A stretch of 24,000 nucleotides of DNA from Natrinema caseinilyticum (GCF_024227435.1 NZ_CP100445.1:1213369-1237368), one strand, 5' to 3'; positions 8,834 through 17,923 are shown, counted from the stretch's first letter. Program-made: numbers and translations. The notes: generated by a model from the sequence alone, not told the origin.

Positions 8834-9217
8834 TTAGCCCGCGTCGGTATCCTGCGCGTCGGTCGAGTCCTGCGTGTCGTCCAGTTCCGCGAGGTCGCGT
8901 TCGGCGTTGGCTTCGTTCGGACTGCCTGCCTCGCCGGTTATCTCGCCGTAAACGGCCTCGCGGACCGCTTCGGGTGACTCGTATTCCTCGTCGACCAGCC
9001 GATCGAAGACGGACCCGAGCGACTCCGTCTCGTTCGGCATGTCGATCGGCTGGTCGCCGTACTCCGTGGCGAGTTCCTCACTGCTGACCGGATACTCCAT
9101 CGTTCCGAGGTCGCGTTCGACGTCCTCGAGGATCGATTCGGCGTGGTCCGCTCGCTCCGCTTGTCGCCGTTCGGCGCTCCGTTGCACACGGTCGTGGTTC
9201 CGCCCGTCGTCGCTCAT
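8834..9217 (-). CDS. Small acidic haloarchaeal protein, DUF5789-like
   Basis: MSDDGRNHDRVQRSAERRQAERADHAESILEDVERDLGTMEYPVSSEELATEYGDQPIDMPNETESLGSVFDRLVDEEYESPEAVREAVYGEITGEAG... resembles haloarchaeal DUF5789 (YPV...ELA..YGD..I..PNE.E.L). Confidence 0.8.
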   Translation of the reverse strand: MSDDGRNHDRVQRSAERRQAERADHAESILEDVERDLGTMEYPVSSEELATEYGDQPIDMPNETESLGSVFDRLVDEEYESPEAVREAVYGEITGEAGSPNEANAERDLAELDDTQDSTDAQDTDAG

Positions 9218-10092
9218 GTGAAGCCGTACCGCTACCCCGTAGAAAAGCGGCCGGCCAGCGCGTGCGTGGTCTCGAGGAGCTCAAATAGCGCTCTATAGTC
9301 CTCTATCCCGGTATTATACACCGTTATCACCCTCCGCTGGCGACGGCCAACCGGCGTGTCTGTCCAATTTCGTGCCGAGCCATCACTCGCATCACTATCG
9401 AACCCCACACCCACCGCGGGCACGCCCAGCATCTCTTTCCATCCGGCCGCGGCTCTCGACGGGCAGACCGAACGTCGCTTGGAGCGAAGTCGCCGCACGG
9501 AAGCGGTCGAAATCGACCTCGGCCGCCGCCGTCGAGACCGTATTCGAGGTGTCCGGTGTCGTTACGGCGGTCGAAACGCGGAGTAATCGCTCGACGGATC
9601 GCGGAGCGTATTTTCGGGCCGTACGCCGGCCCCGCACAGCATCGACGAACGACACCGATCGATCCGTCGAACGATAGCCGCGTGCGACCGCTGGGGCGCA
9701 CTGTACGCGGCGCTCGAACGCTCCGACGAGACCGAGTCGCCCGGCTCGCGGTAGGCACCTCGTTCGGCGACCGGTCGACCGTTGCAGTTCGCGAACGCGC
9801 GGGTGACACGCGTTCAGTTCGGCACGCTCGAGTCTCGCATCGGGCATCGTGACACCGGCCGACGTCCGAAACGAGACTGGACGGTTTTCCACCTCCTTCG
9901 ACCGGTGTTTCAGACCGAAAGTGTAGCCTACCGTCCGTAGAAACCGACTACCGCCAGGTACGCTGCTCATATATAGGACAGGTGATCCGGTACGTCAGCT
10001 GGATGACCCGTATCAAATCAGGACAGTCATCGTCACAGAACGGTAGACCGATCGAGTTCTCGAGGGGCCGAACCGGGCCCGGAGTGTGATCC

Positions 10093-11079
10093 ATGTCCCG
10101 GCTACACCGACTCTCGGAGCGGCTCCCGGGAGACTCGCGCGTCGTACTCGCGCTCGGCCTCGGCCTGGTCGTGATCGGCGGCCTCGTCGCGTCGGGTGCT
10201 GCCGGCGCGGCCGCGGGCACGCTCGATCCGGCCCAAACGAACCAGAGCGACAGGGTATCCGAGGAAGCGTACCGCGAGCCCGCGCCGGAAGAGGGCGATC
10301 CGTACTTCGAAGCGGCGGCGGACGACGGGTCCTGGATCAGCTACGAGAATCCGCGCGACGAGTACCGGAGTCCCTATCTCGGGGACGGATCCGGGAAAAT
10401 CTGCGTCACGCTGGTCAACGAAAACGGCGACCCGGTCGTCGGCACGTCGGTTCCGAACACGTCCGTAACGATTCCGACCGGCGGGGCGACGACGTGGCAT
10501 TCCGACGCGAATCCGATGACCGTCGAGTTCCCGGTGACCGACCACTACGAGTTCCCGCTCGACGGGGACGAGTTCGGGACGAGCCCGGACGTCGCACAGG
10601 GTGACGGATACATGGATTCCCACTGTATCGAATTCCACGGGAATCCCGTCGGCTCGACGATCGAGTACGGTGAAGCCGAACTCGACGGCAAGTACGCGGA
10701 CCGAATCGACGTCGTCGGCTACATCCAGCAGGAGCCCGCCGGCGACGGGTGGGATTCCGACATCGATCCGGTTGCCGACGCGGAATCCTACGCGGAAGCC
10801 GGCGGCGGCTGGACCACCACCCAGAACTCTACCCACGGAGGGGCGGTCGTCGTGTTGCAACTCGATGCGCCGGCCGACGAGCGAACGATCCCCGTCGACT
10901 CGAATTCGTCGGACGATGGTACTGACGGAATCGACTCGAACGAGCCGAAAGACGGAACCGGAAACACCGCCGACGGGGGCCCGACCGACGGCGACGGTCG
11001 CGACGAAATGCCCGGATTCGGTCCGCTGGCCGCCGGCGTTGCCATTTCGATCGCGGTCATCGCACGATACCGCCGGTAG
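10093..11079 (+). CDS. Secreted/surface protein with PGF-CTERM sorting signal
   Basis: N-terminal signal-like hydrophobic segment (SRVVLALGLGLVVIGGLVASGAAGAAA), acidic ectodomain with N-glycosylation sequons, Thr/Asp/Gly-rich stalk, and C-terminal DEMPGFGPLAAGVAISIAVIARYRR (PGF motif, TM helix, basic tail). Confidence 0.85.
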   Translation: MSRLHRLSERLPGDSRVVLALGLGLVVIGGLVASGAAGAAAGTLDPAQTNQSDRVSEEAYREPAPEEGDPYFEAAADDGSWISYENPRDEYRSPYLGDGSGKICVTLVNENGDPVVGTSVPNTSVTIPTGGATTWHSDANPMTVEFPVTDHYEFPLDGDEFGTSPDVAQGDGYMDSHCIEFHGNPVGSTIEYGEAELDGKYADRIDVVGYIQQEPAGDGWDSDIDPVADAESYAEAGGGWTTTQNSTHGGAVVVLQLDAPADERTIPVDSNSSDDGTDGIDSNEPKDGTGNTADGGPTDGDGRDEMPGFGPLAAGVAISIAVIARYRR

Positions 11080-11221
11080 CCTCGGCGGGGCGGTCCTCGG
11101 GAATCGGAGATCACGCCACTCGCCTCGAGTCGTGACGATGAACGATCCTGCAGGAACGCCGATAAGACGGAACGGAAAACGGCAGGAAAATCCGTCACGG
11201 CCGCTCTGATCCCTTGATTCT

Positions 11222-11238
11222 GGCCCTGTTGAAACCCT
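11222..11238 (+). repeat. Left terminal inverted repeat
   Basis: GGCCCTGTTGAAACCCT; partner at 12655..12671. Confidence 0.8.
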
Positions 11239-11256
11239 TGCTGACAAACATGACTG

Positions 11257-11755
11257 ATGGGTAGCTGGAGGAGGATGGATACTCTCCCGAAGTCACGACT
11301 CCTTCGATTCGTTGAACGGGCGATGGTGTTGGCTCGCCGTGCTGTGGCGCGATTCTCGACTCGTTATTCACGAAAGCGGTTCACGCTCCGCCAGCACGTC
11401 GTTTTGCTCTGTCTCAAAGTGAAGAAGACGACCACATACCGTGACCTCGTTGACGAACTTATCGAGATGCCTCGGATTCGTGACGCCCTCAATCTTGATT
11501 CGATCCCTGCACCCTCGACACTCTGCAAGGCGTTCGACCGCTTGGAGATGGCCGTCTGGCGGGTGTTACTGAACGTCTCGCTCGCGGACTTGCCACTGAA
11601 CGGTGTCACTGGTATCGATGCGTCCGGGTTCGAGCGGGCGCATGCCTAACTCACTACACGAAGCGAACAAACCTCACCATCCAGCAATTGAAGACGACGC
11701 TGTTGGTCGATACAGCGACCAACGTATCGTGGCAGTTTGGCTGACCACAGTTGCC
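11257..11755 (+). pseudogene. IS5-family-like transposase, truncated and frameshifted
   Basis: MGSWRRMDTLPKSRLLRFVERAMVLARRAVARFSTRYSRKRFTLRQHVVLLCLKVKKTTTYRDLVDELIEMPRIRDALNLDSIPAPSTLCKAFDRLEMAVWRVLLNVSLADLPLNGVTGIDASGFERAHA*, continuing in another frame as HYTKRTNLTIQQLKTTLLVDTATNV and in a third as IVAVWLTT. No catalytic C-terminal half follows. Confidence 0.85.
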
Positions 11756-12245
11756 CTCACCGTCGTTTCGTTCTTCGTAATTTCGTGGCATTCGTGACTC
11801 ACGGCAGGGATATTGTCACCGTACCGCTGACCGAAACGTCCACCTCGCTTCCGATGGAGTCTGAGTCGGAATGGAAGGCGAACGTACAGAATTTCCTCCG
11901 GCGGCACTGATGTGGGGCACCCGATGATCGAGTGCCAATCGTGCTGCAGCTGCGCTCTACATGCAGTGCAGCTGGGTCGAACTGTTCAAAGTCTGTTACT
12001 ACCGACGAGGGTGACTCAGAGGGTGTCTGCACCACGAACCCGAGGCGTGGTGCTTGTTCAGATTCCGTCGAGTATCCTCGGCACAGGTACTGATCTGATT
12101 GGTTCGCTACGGGTGCTGTTTAGAGAGCATTAGATACAAGAAAGTCTCGCGCAGGTCAGTATCACTACAACCCTCCGGTAGTGGGAATACGTTGCCCCGT
12201 CGAGTAGATGTGAGGATTCATTATCTCCACGCTTCAGTGAGGAGT

Positions 12246-12461
12246 ATGAGTGACAGTATAGGCCGTCGCAGTGTCGATGGGGGATTATCAGCAATCGATC
12301 CCTGGGTTGTGATATCGCTTCCGTTTCTCACCGTACCGATCGGGGCGTTTATTGGTGGAAATTTCACCTCCCATCTAGTTGGATCGATGATAGATGGGGT
12401 GTGGATTACGTCGGCCTTCCTCACCAGCCTCACGTTCGCCGTGATTTCAGCACGTTCCTGA
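12246..12461 (+). CDS. Possible small membrane protein (71 aa) inside the IS-bounded segment
   Basis: MSDSIGRRSVDGGLSAIDPWVVISLPFLTVPIGAFIGGNFTSHLVGSMIDGVWITSAFLTSLTFAVISARS*; two hydrophobic segments; no family recognised. Confidence 0.35.
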   Translation: MSDSIGRRSVDGGLSAIDPWVVISLPFLTVPIGAFIGGNFTSHLVGSMIDGVWITSAFLTSLTFAVISARS

Positions 12462-12484
12462 CCAGTTGTGGGAGCGCTACCACA

Positions 12485-12508
12485 GGGGAACTGCGTTAGT
12501 TGTTCCCC
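12485..12508. terminator. Hairpin, possible terminator
   Basis: GGGGAAC-TGCGTTAGTT-GTTCCCC perfect 7-bp stem, 24 nt after the small ORF stop. No clear T-tract, so terminator function is uncertain. Confidence 0.3.
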
Positions 12509-12654
12509 CATCTCTTCAATCATACGTCTAGAGTCGTTCAGTCGTACGATTCATCGTCTGTATCTATCCCTCCGTCCGCCCGCCAGATGACGACCGACCA
12601 GTGACCGACCTGCGCTCTGTATTCAGCAGGACTGATGAAACCTCTCATCGATTG

Positions 12655-12671
12655 AGGGTTTCAACAAGGCC
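12655..12671 (-). repeat. Right terminal inverted repeat
   Basis: Plus-strand AGGGTTTCAACAAGGCC; its reverse complement GGCCTTGTTGAAACCCT matches the left TIR at 16/17 positions. Confidence 0.8.
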
Positions 12672-12776
12672 GTGATTCTCGAACGCGACAGGACGCGACT
12701 GCGGCCCGCGGAGGGACGGGTCGGCCCGTCGTCGGAATCAATCAGGTTTTGACCGTCGCCGCGAGAGAACCGACGG

Positions 12777-13001
12777 ATGACGAACACGAGCGAATCCGAC
12801 GACGGTCCCCCGCGCGTCCCGATCGTCTGTCGGGACTGCGGGACGACATCGCGCATTCCACTCCCGGCGGTCGCCGACGCCATCGACCGACACAACGACC
12901 AGCTCCACGACGGTGCCGACGTCGCCGAGGTCGATCCCGACGTCGCCGACCGGATCGCGGACCTCGCAGCCGCCGAACTCGGCCTGCTCGAGGACGAATA
13001 A
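12777..13001 (+). CDS. Small haloarchaeal CxxC protein (74 aa)
   Basis: MTNTSESDDGPPRVPIVCRDCGTTSRIPLPAVADAIDRHNDQLHDGADVAEVDPDVADRIADLAAAELGLLEDE; acidic composition, single CRDC motif. Confidence 0.75.
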   Translation: MTNTSESDDGPPRVPIVCRDCGTTSRIPLPAVADAIDRHNDQLHDGADVAEVDPDVADRIADLAAAELGLLEDE

Positions 13002-13174
13002 CGATCGAAAACGAAGACCGTGGTCCGAGGTGGGCGGATCTCTCACACCGGGAGAAGGGTGTCGCCAAGCGGCCGGAGACGGGCACCCACCCGACTCTCG
13101 ACGGGATCGACGTTCAGCCAGCGAGACGAGCGGCTACCCGGCGAGAACGTCTCGCTCGGCGGAGCGAGACGGCG

Positions 13175-13378
13175 TCATCGACGGTTCCGGATCGCGTCCA
13201 GGGCGGCCGAACGGGACGTGTACCCGATGCCGAGGGCATCGCAGTTCACGCACTCCCAGCGGTATTCTCCCCTGAAGCCACGGATCGAAACGACGGCGTC
13301 GCAGTCGGGACAGCGCTTCTGGCGACGAGACTCGCGCACTCGCTCGAGGATATCAGCAACGGTCCTGTTCTCGTTCAT
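13175..13378 (-). CDS. Small zinc-ribbon protein
   Basis: MNENRTVADILERVRESRRQKRCPDCDAVVSIRGFRGEYRWECVNCDALGIGYTSRSAALDAIRNRR; CPDC...CVNC zinc ribbon. Confidence 0.75.
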   Translation of the reverse strand: MNENRTVADILERVRESRRQKRCPDCDAVVSIRGFRGEYRWECVNCDALGIGYTSRSAALDAIRNRR

Positions 13379-13713
13379 ATCAACCGAAGCTGCCGATCGG
13401 ACCGTTATAGGCTTTCTTTTTCGAGTCCGAAACCGAGAGACGGAGCCAGTCCGGGTCGGACGTCGAAGATATAGCAGTCTTTGAAAGTCAATACACACCC
13501 CGATCGCGAATTCGCGGCCAGCGAGTCTTCGCTGGCCGCTTCACTGCGATCGGTGAGTAAATCGTTTCAAAGACTACTATCGTTATCACGCGCCGGTATC
13601 CGTTCTCACACGGAAAATACCACGGACGACCAGATCCGCCGACTCGATAACAGCCGTCGGGCGTATCGAAGTGGATAGGGCGTTCGAAGAACGATCCGAG
13701 CACGGACGACCGG

Positions 13714-14055
13714 TCACGAGATGTCTCGCGCGTCGTCCCGGCTGGGACACGTTTCGATACGCCGGGTGCTCGCATCGTAGTCGATCACACCGAGTTCGGC
13801 CATCATGGGGAGGTGAACGTGGTGGAGCGATATCTGCACGTCCGAGACGGCGTCGTCGGTGACGGCATCGACGCCGCCCTCTCGAGCGACGATTCCCGCC
13901 GCCAACTCCGAGAGTTCGACGGTGGCAGTCACGCCGGTGAGGATGTCGAGCGTCATTCTGCGCCGCTTCGCCTCGAGCAAACGGTGACGGGTGCTCTCGG
14001 TTCGATCGTCGAGTTCCAACTGCTGCCACGTGAAATCGCGTTTCGATTGGGTCAT
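13714..14055 (-). CDS. DUF7344-like winged-helix domain protein
   Basis: MTQSKRDFTWQQLELDDRTESTRHRLLEAKRRRMTLDILTGVTATVELSELAAGIVAREGGVDAVTDDAVSDVQISLHHVHLPMMAELGVIDYDASTRRIET: typical haloarchaeal pattern (RR...LDIL...LA..IVARE...V.ISLHHVHLPKL...GVIDYD). Confidence 0.85.
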   Translation of the reverse strand: MTQSKRDFTWQQLELDDRTESTRHRLLEAKRRRMTLDILTGVTATVELSELAAGIVAREGGVDAVTDDAVSDVQISLHHVHLPMMAELGVIDYDASTRRIETCPSRDDARDIS

Positions 14056-14288
14056 GGAGGGGCCTCAGTCCGGTCGGCGTCCGGTCTGTCTGAGACAAGG
14101 CACCACTCACGGGAAAGGGTACACTAGAAGTGATTAGGTTCTGATCGGGCGCAGGGCGAGTACCACGATCCGGACCAGCATCTCGGGGTCGGGGACGACG
14201 CGATCGACCGATCGATCACCGCGTTCGCTCCCGCCTACCACTCCGTCGGCGGAGGGTTGATACGCGTCCGTGCGCTTTACACGGTCGA

Positions 14289-17200
14289 ATGAGTTCACGG
14301 CCGCTGACCGAGAGCCTCCGAGAGACGCTCGCCCTCTTCGACGGGTCCGGGGCTCCGCGGACGACGAACGAAGTAGCGGACCGCCTCGACCTCGGCCGAC
14401 GGAGCACCTACGATCGACTCGAGCGACTCGTCGACTACGGGCAACTCGAGACGAAGAAGGTCGGCGCGAGTGCGCGCGTGTGGTGGCGGTCTCGGCCGCC
14501 GAGGAGCGATCGGGCGGCTGGCACCGGTGACGGTCCCGTCGTCCCCGAATCGGTCGTCGAAGCCGTCGAGGAGTACGCGATCTTCGTACTCGACGCCGAC
14601 GGCTACGTCCGAAGCTGGAACGCGGGGGCCGAACGGATCGAGGGGTACGCAGCCGACGACGTGCTCGGCGAACACGTCGCGATTTTCTACACCCAGGACG
14701 ACCGGGACGCCGACGCCCCCGAGTCGAACCTCACCGCGGCCGCCGAAACCGGGTCGATCGAGGACGAAGGATGGCGCGTTCGAGCGGACGGCTCACGGTT
14801 CTGGGCGCGGGTCACCATCACTGCGATCCGCGACGAGGACGGCACCCTCGAGGGATACACGACGGTCACCAGGGACCTGACCGACCGACGCGAGCGCGAA
14901 CAGCAGATCCGCCGCGAACACGATCTCGTAGAGCGTGTCCTGGAGGTCAGCCCGACCGGGATCGGCATCTTCGACGACGATGGCGAACCGCGGCGGCTGA
15001 ACCGACGGTTTACCGAGTATCTCGGGATGGACGGAGACGGCTCGGCGGAGTACGCGCTGGGTGATCGGCCCCTGCTCGACGAGGACGGCGACGAGATCCC
15101 CCCGTCCGAGCGGCCCGCCCCGCGAGCGCTCGCGACCGGCAACCCGGTCGAAGACCAGCGCGTTCGAATCGACGACGGAGCGACGCGGTGGCTCTCGGTG
15201 AACGCGGAGCCGCTCGACGGTGATTCCGGCGTCGTCGTCACGATGACCGACGTCACCCGACTCGAGGAGCAGACCCGAGGCCTCGAGCGCACGCGCGAGG
15301 AGCTCGAAACCGAACTCGAGGTGGTGTTCGATCGGGTTTCCGAGGCGTTCTGCGCGCTCGACGACGATTTTCAGTTTATGTACGTTAACGACCGGGCCCA
15401 GGAACTCTTCGACTTCACGGAAACCGAACTTCTGGGAGCGAACGCCCTGGAGGTGCTGTCCGTGGCCGACGACGATCCGATTCGGGACCGCTTCGAGGCA
15501 GCCATGGCGACCCAGACCGCGACGAGTTTCCAGCGGTACTCTGAGCCGCTCGGTATCTGGGAGACAATCAGGGTGTATCCCTCTGAATCCGGGCTCTCGG
15601 TGTACTTCACCGACATCACCGAGCACAAAGAACGCGAACGGGAACTCGAACAGTACGAGCGGATCGTCGAGACGATCGACGACGGCGTTTACGCAGTCGA
15701 CGACGAGGCCCGATTCGTCATGGTCAACGACGGGTTCTGTGAGCTGACGGGCTACGCTCGCGAGGAACTCCTCGGCGAATCCGCGACGATGATCCACGAC
15801 GACGGGATCACGCCACGGGCCGAAACGCTCTCCGAGGAGATCGCGACCGGTGACCGCGACGTCGCGAATATCGAACTCGACGTTCACACGAAGGGCGGTG
15901 AAACCGTTCCGTGCGAAAGCCGACTGGCACCCTTCCCGATGGAGGATGCCGCCGGGCGCTGCGGCGTGGTTCGCGACATCTCGAGCCACCTCGAGCGGGA
16001 GGACCGACTCACGAAACGAGTTCGACAGCAGGAAGCGGTCGCCGATCTCGGCCAGCGGGCGCTCGCGAGCCACGACGTCGACGCGCTATTAGCCGAGGGC
16101 GCCGACCGACTGGTCGAAACGCTCGAGACCGACTATTGCAAGGTACTGGACCTCGATTCGGCCGCGGAATCGTTCCTGCTGCGTGAAGGGGTCGGGTGGG
16201 ACGGGGACGTCGTCGGCGAGGCGACCGTCCCGGCGGTCGGAAACGATTCACAGGCGGCATACACGCTGACCGACGGGGGACCCGTCATGGTCGACGATCT
16301 CGCGACGGAGTCGCGCTTCGGCAATATCGAGGATTTGACCGATTACGAGATCACGAGCGGTATCAGCGTCGTCATCGGGACGCGAGCCGATCCCTGGGGA
16401 ATCCTCGAAGTCCACGACGTGGACCGTCGAGCGTTCTCCGATCACGACGTCGCCTTCGTCCAATCGGTCGCGAACGTGTTCAAGACCGCCATCGACCGAC
16501 GCACCGACGAGCGAGAACTCGAGCGCCAGCGCGAGCAACTCGTCGCGCTCAACAACCTCAACGACGTCGTCCACCGCATTTCCGAGGCGGTCGTCGATCG
16601 GTCCACGCGCGAGGAGATAGAGCGGGTCGTCTGTGACCACCTCGCCGAATCGGACTCCTATCTGTTCTCGTGGATCGGCGACGTCGACGTCGCAACGCAA
16701 ACGGTGAACCTGCGAGCCGAGGCCGGCGTCGAGGGATACCTCGACGGAATCACGATCTCAGCCGACCCGAACGACGAGCGAAGTCGGGGGGCGACCGGCA
16801 AGGCAATCGCGACGGGCGAACTCCAGACGACCCAGGACATCGCCGCGGATTCAAGGTACGACCCCTGGCGGAGCACGGTCGAGGAGTTCGGCTTCCGTTC
16901 GTCGGCGGCGATCCCGATCGTTCACGAGGAGACGATTTACGGCGTGTTGAACGTCTACGCCGAACGGCCGGAGGCATTCACGGGCCAGGAGCGGACGGTG
17001 ATCAGCCGACTGGGAGAAGTGGTGGGTCACGCCATCGCCGCTGCCGAACGAAAGCGAGCGTTGATGAGCGACGACGTCGTCGAACTCCAGTTCCGAATCC
17101 GAGACGTCTTCGAATCGCTGGGGACCGGACTCGAGACGGCTGGCACGATCACGCTCGATCACACCGTCCCCATCGAAAACGAGGAGTACCTCGTCTACGG

Positions 17201-17735
17201 CACCGCGACGGAAGACGCAGTCGAGACGGTCGAGTCCCTCGTCGAATCGCTTCCCCACTGGACCGACGTGACGTTCAGATCCGGGAGCAGGCGGACGAAC
17301 TTCGAACTTCGCCTCTCCGAGCCGCCGGTGCTGTCGACGGTCGCCTCGCTCGGCGGGTCCATCGAAGACGTCGTCATCGAGGACGGCGACTACCGGATGT
17401 CGATCCACCTGGCACCGGGTGCGGAGATCCGTCGAATCATCGACGTCGTGCAGTCGACATACTCGGGGGCAGAATTACTGAAGCAACGCCAGGTCACGCG
17501 CGGCGATACCACTCCGGAACGCGTCCGAGACGTGCTGTCGGACGACCTCACCGACCGCCAGCGCGCGACGCTCCGGGCGGCCTACCACGCGGGATTCTTC
17601 GAGTGGCCGCGCGACGCCTCGGGCGAAGACGTCGCCGAGTCGCTCGATATCGCGCCGGCGACGTTCCATCAACATCTCCGACGGGCCCAGCAGAAAGTAT
17701 TCGAATCGTTGCTCTCGGACACGGCGGCGGCCTGA
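14289..17735 (+). CDS. Large sensor/transcription regulator: N-terminal HTH, several PAS domains, GAF, bacterio-opsin-activator domain, C-terminal HTH_10 (Bat-type)
   Basis: N-terminal HTH (TTNEVADRLDLGRRSTYDRLERLVDYGQLETKKVG), PAS repeats (IFVLDADGYVRSWNAGAERIEGYAADDVLGE; GVYAVDDEARFVMVNDGFCELTGYAREELLGE), GAF (FRSSAAIPIVHEETIYGVLNVYAERPEAF), C-terminal LTDRQRATLRAAYHAGFFEWPRDASGEDVAESLDIAPATFHQHLRRAQQKVFESLL. Confidence 0.94.
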   Translation: MSSRPLTESLRETLALFDGSGAPRTTNEVADRLDLGRRSTYDRLERLVDYGQLETKKVGASARVWWRSRPPRSDRAAGTGDGPVVPESVVEAVEEYAIFVLDADGYVRSWNAGAERIEGYAADDVLGEHVAIFYTQDDRDADAPESNLTAAAETGSIEDEGWRVRADGSRFWARVTITAIRDEDGTLEGYTTVTRDLTDRREREQQIRREHDLVERVLEVSPTGIGIFDDDGEPRRLNRRFTEYLGMDGDGSAEYALGDRPLLDEDGDEIPPSERPAPRALATGNPVEDQRVRIDDGATRWLSVNAEPLDGDSGVVVTMTDVTRLEEQTRGLERTREELETELEVVFDRVSEAFCALDDDFQFMYVNDRAQELFDFTETELLGANALEVLSVADDDPIRDRFEAAMATQTATSFQRYSEPLGIWETIRVYPSESGLSVYFTDITEHKERERELEQYERIVETIDDGVYAVDDEARFVMVNDGFCELTGYAREELLGESATMIHDDGITPRAETLSEEIATGDRDVANIELDVHTKGGETVPCESRLAPFPMEDAAGRCGVVRDISSHLEREDRLTKRVRQQEAVADLGQRALASHDVDALLAEGADRLVETLETDYCKVLDLDSAAESFLLREGVGWDGDVVGEATVPAVGNDSQAAYTLTDGGPVMVDDLATESRFGNIEDLTDYEITSGISVVIGTRADPWGILEVHDVDRRAFSDHDVAFVQSVANVFKTAIDRRTDERELERQREQLVALNNLNDVVHRISEAVVDRSTREEIERVVCDHLAESDSYLFSWIGDVDVATQTVNLRAEAGVEGYLDGITISADPNDERSRGATGKAIATGELQTTQDIAADSRYDPWRSTVEEFGFRSSAAIPIVHEETIYGVLNVYAERPEAFTGQERTVISRLGEVVGHAIAAAERKRALMSDDVVELQFRIRDVFESLGTGLETAGTITLDHTVPIENEEYLVYGTATEDAVETVESLVESLPHWTDVTFRSGSRRTNFELRLSEPPVLSTVASLGGSIEDVVIEDGDYRMSIHLAPGAEIRRIIDVVQSTYSGAELLKQRQVTRGDTTPERVRDVLSDDLTDRQRATLRAAYHAGFFEWPRDASGEDVAESLDIAPATFHQHLRRAQQKVFESLLSDTAAA

Positions 17736-17891
17736 GGCCCACGGAATACCTCGTGCGGTCACACCACTCGCCCGGTTCTTCGGGGACGATCCGGATCGGC
17801 TAGAAATCCGCAACCTTCGGTCATAATTTCGTCGAGCATCCAATCGAGCAGTTATATTTCGCCCGCTCTAATCGTTAGTTCAGTGACAAGG

Positions 17892-17897
17892 TTTATA
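17892..17897 (+). promoter_or_regulatory. Putative archaeal TATA box for the 17924 ORF
   Basis: TTTATA in GGTTTATACTC, about 27 nt before the ATG, the spacing typical of leaderless haloarchaeal transcripts. Confidence 0.45.
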
Positions 17898-17923
17898 CTC
17901 TGATACGCGACTGTGTCCACCAT

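Larger units (their letters stand above)
11222..12671 (+). mobile_element. Decayed IS5-like element or IS-bounded segment
   Basis: Left end GGCCCTGTTGAAACCCT (11222..11238) is inverted at the right end, where 12655..12671 read on the minus strand gives GGCCTTGTTGAAACCCT (16/17). Flanks are TTGATTCT (11214..11221) and GTGATTCT (12672..12679), a 7/8 direct repeat. Contains an interrupted transposase. Confidence 0.75.

Noticed and set aside
10102-11247. Minus-strand ORF of 381 aa opposite the PGF-CTERM gene
   Set aside because: The plus strand has a signal peptide and sorting signal in one intact frame; the antisense ORF lacks recognisable features.
12715-12730. GACGGG-TCGG-CCCGTC inverted repeat
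   Set aside because: Only a 6-bp GC-rich stem with a 4-nt loop; expected by chance at this base composition and not positioned after a supported gene.
12749-13474. Plus-strand ORF of 241 aa overlapping the small CxxC protein
   Set aside because: Arg-rich composition; the 74-aa acidic frame at 12777..13001 is the more credible product.
14793-16073. Minus-strand ORF of 426 aa opposite the PAS/GAF regulator
   Set aside because: It mirrors the coding frame of a well-supported 1148-aa gene and has no domain of its own.
16670-17803. Plus-strand ORF of 377 aa in a second frame of the Bat-type regulator
   Set aside because: Very arginine-rich; the alternate frame has clear GAF and HTH_10 motifs.
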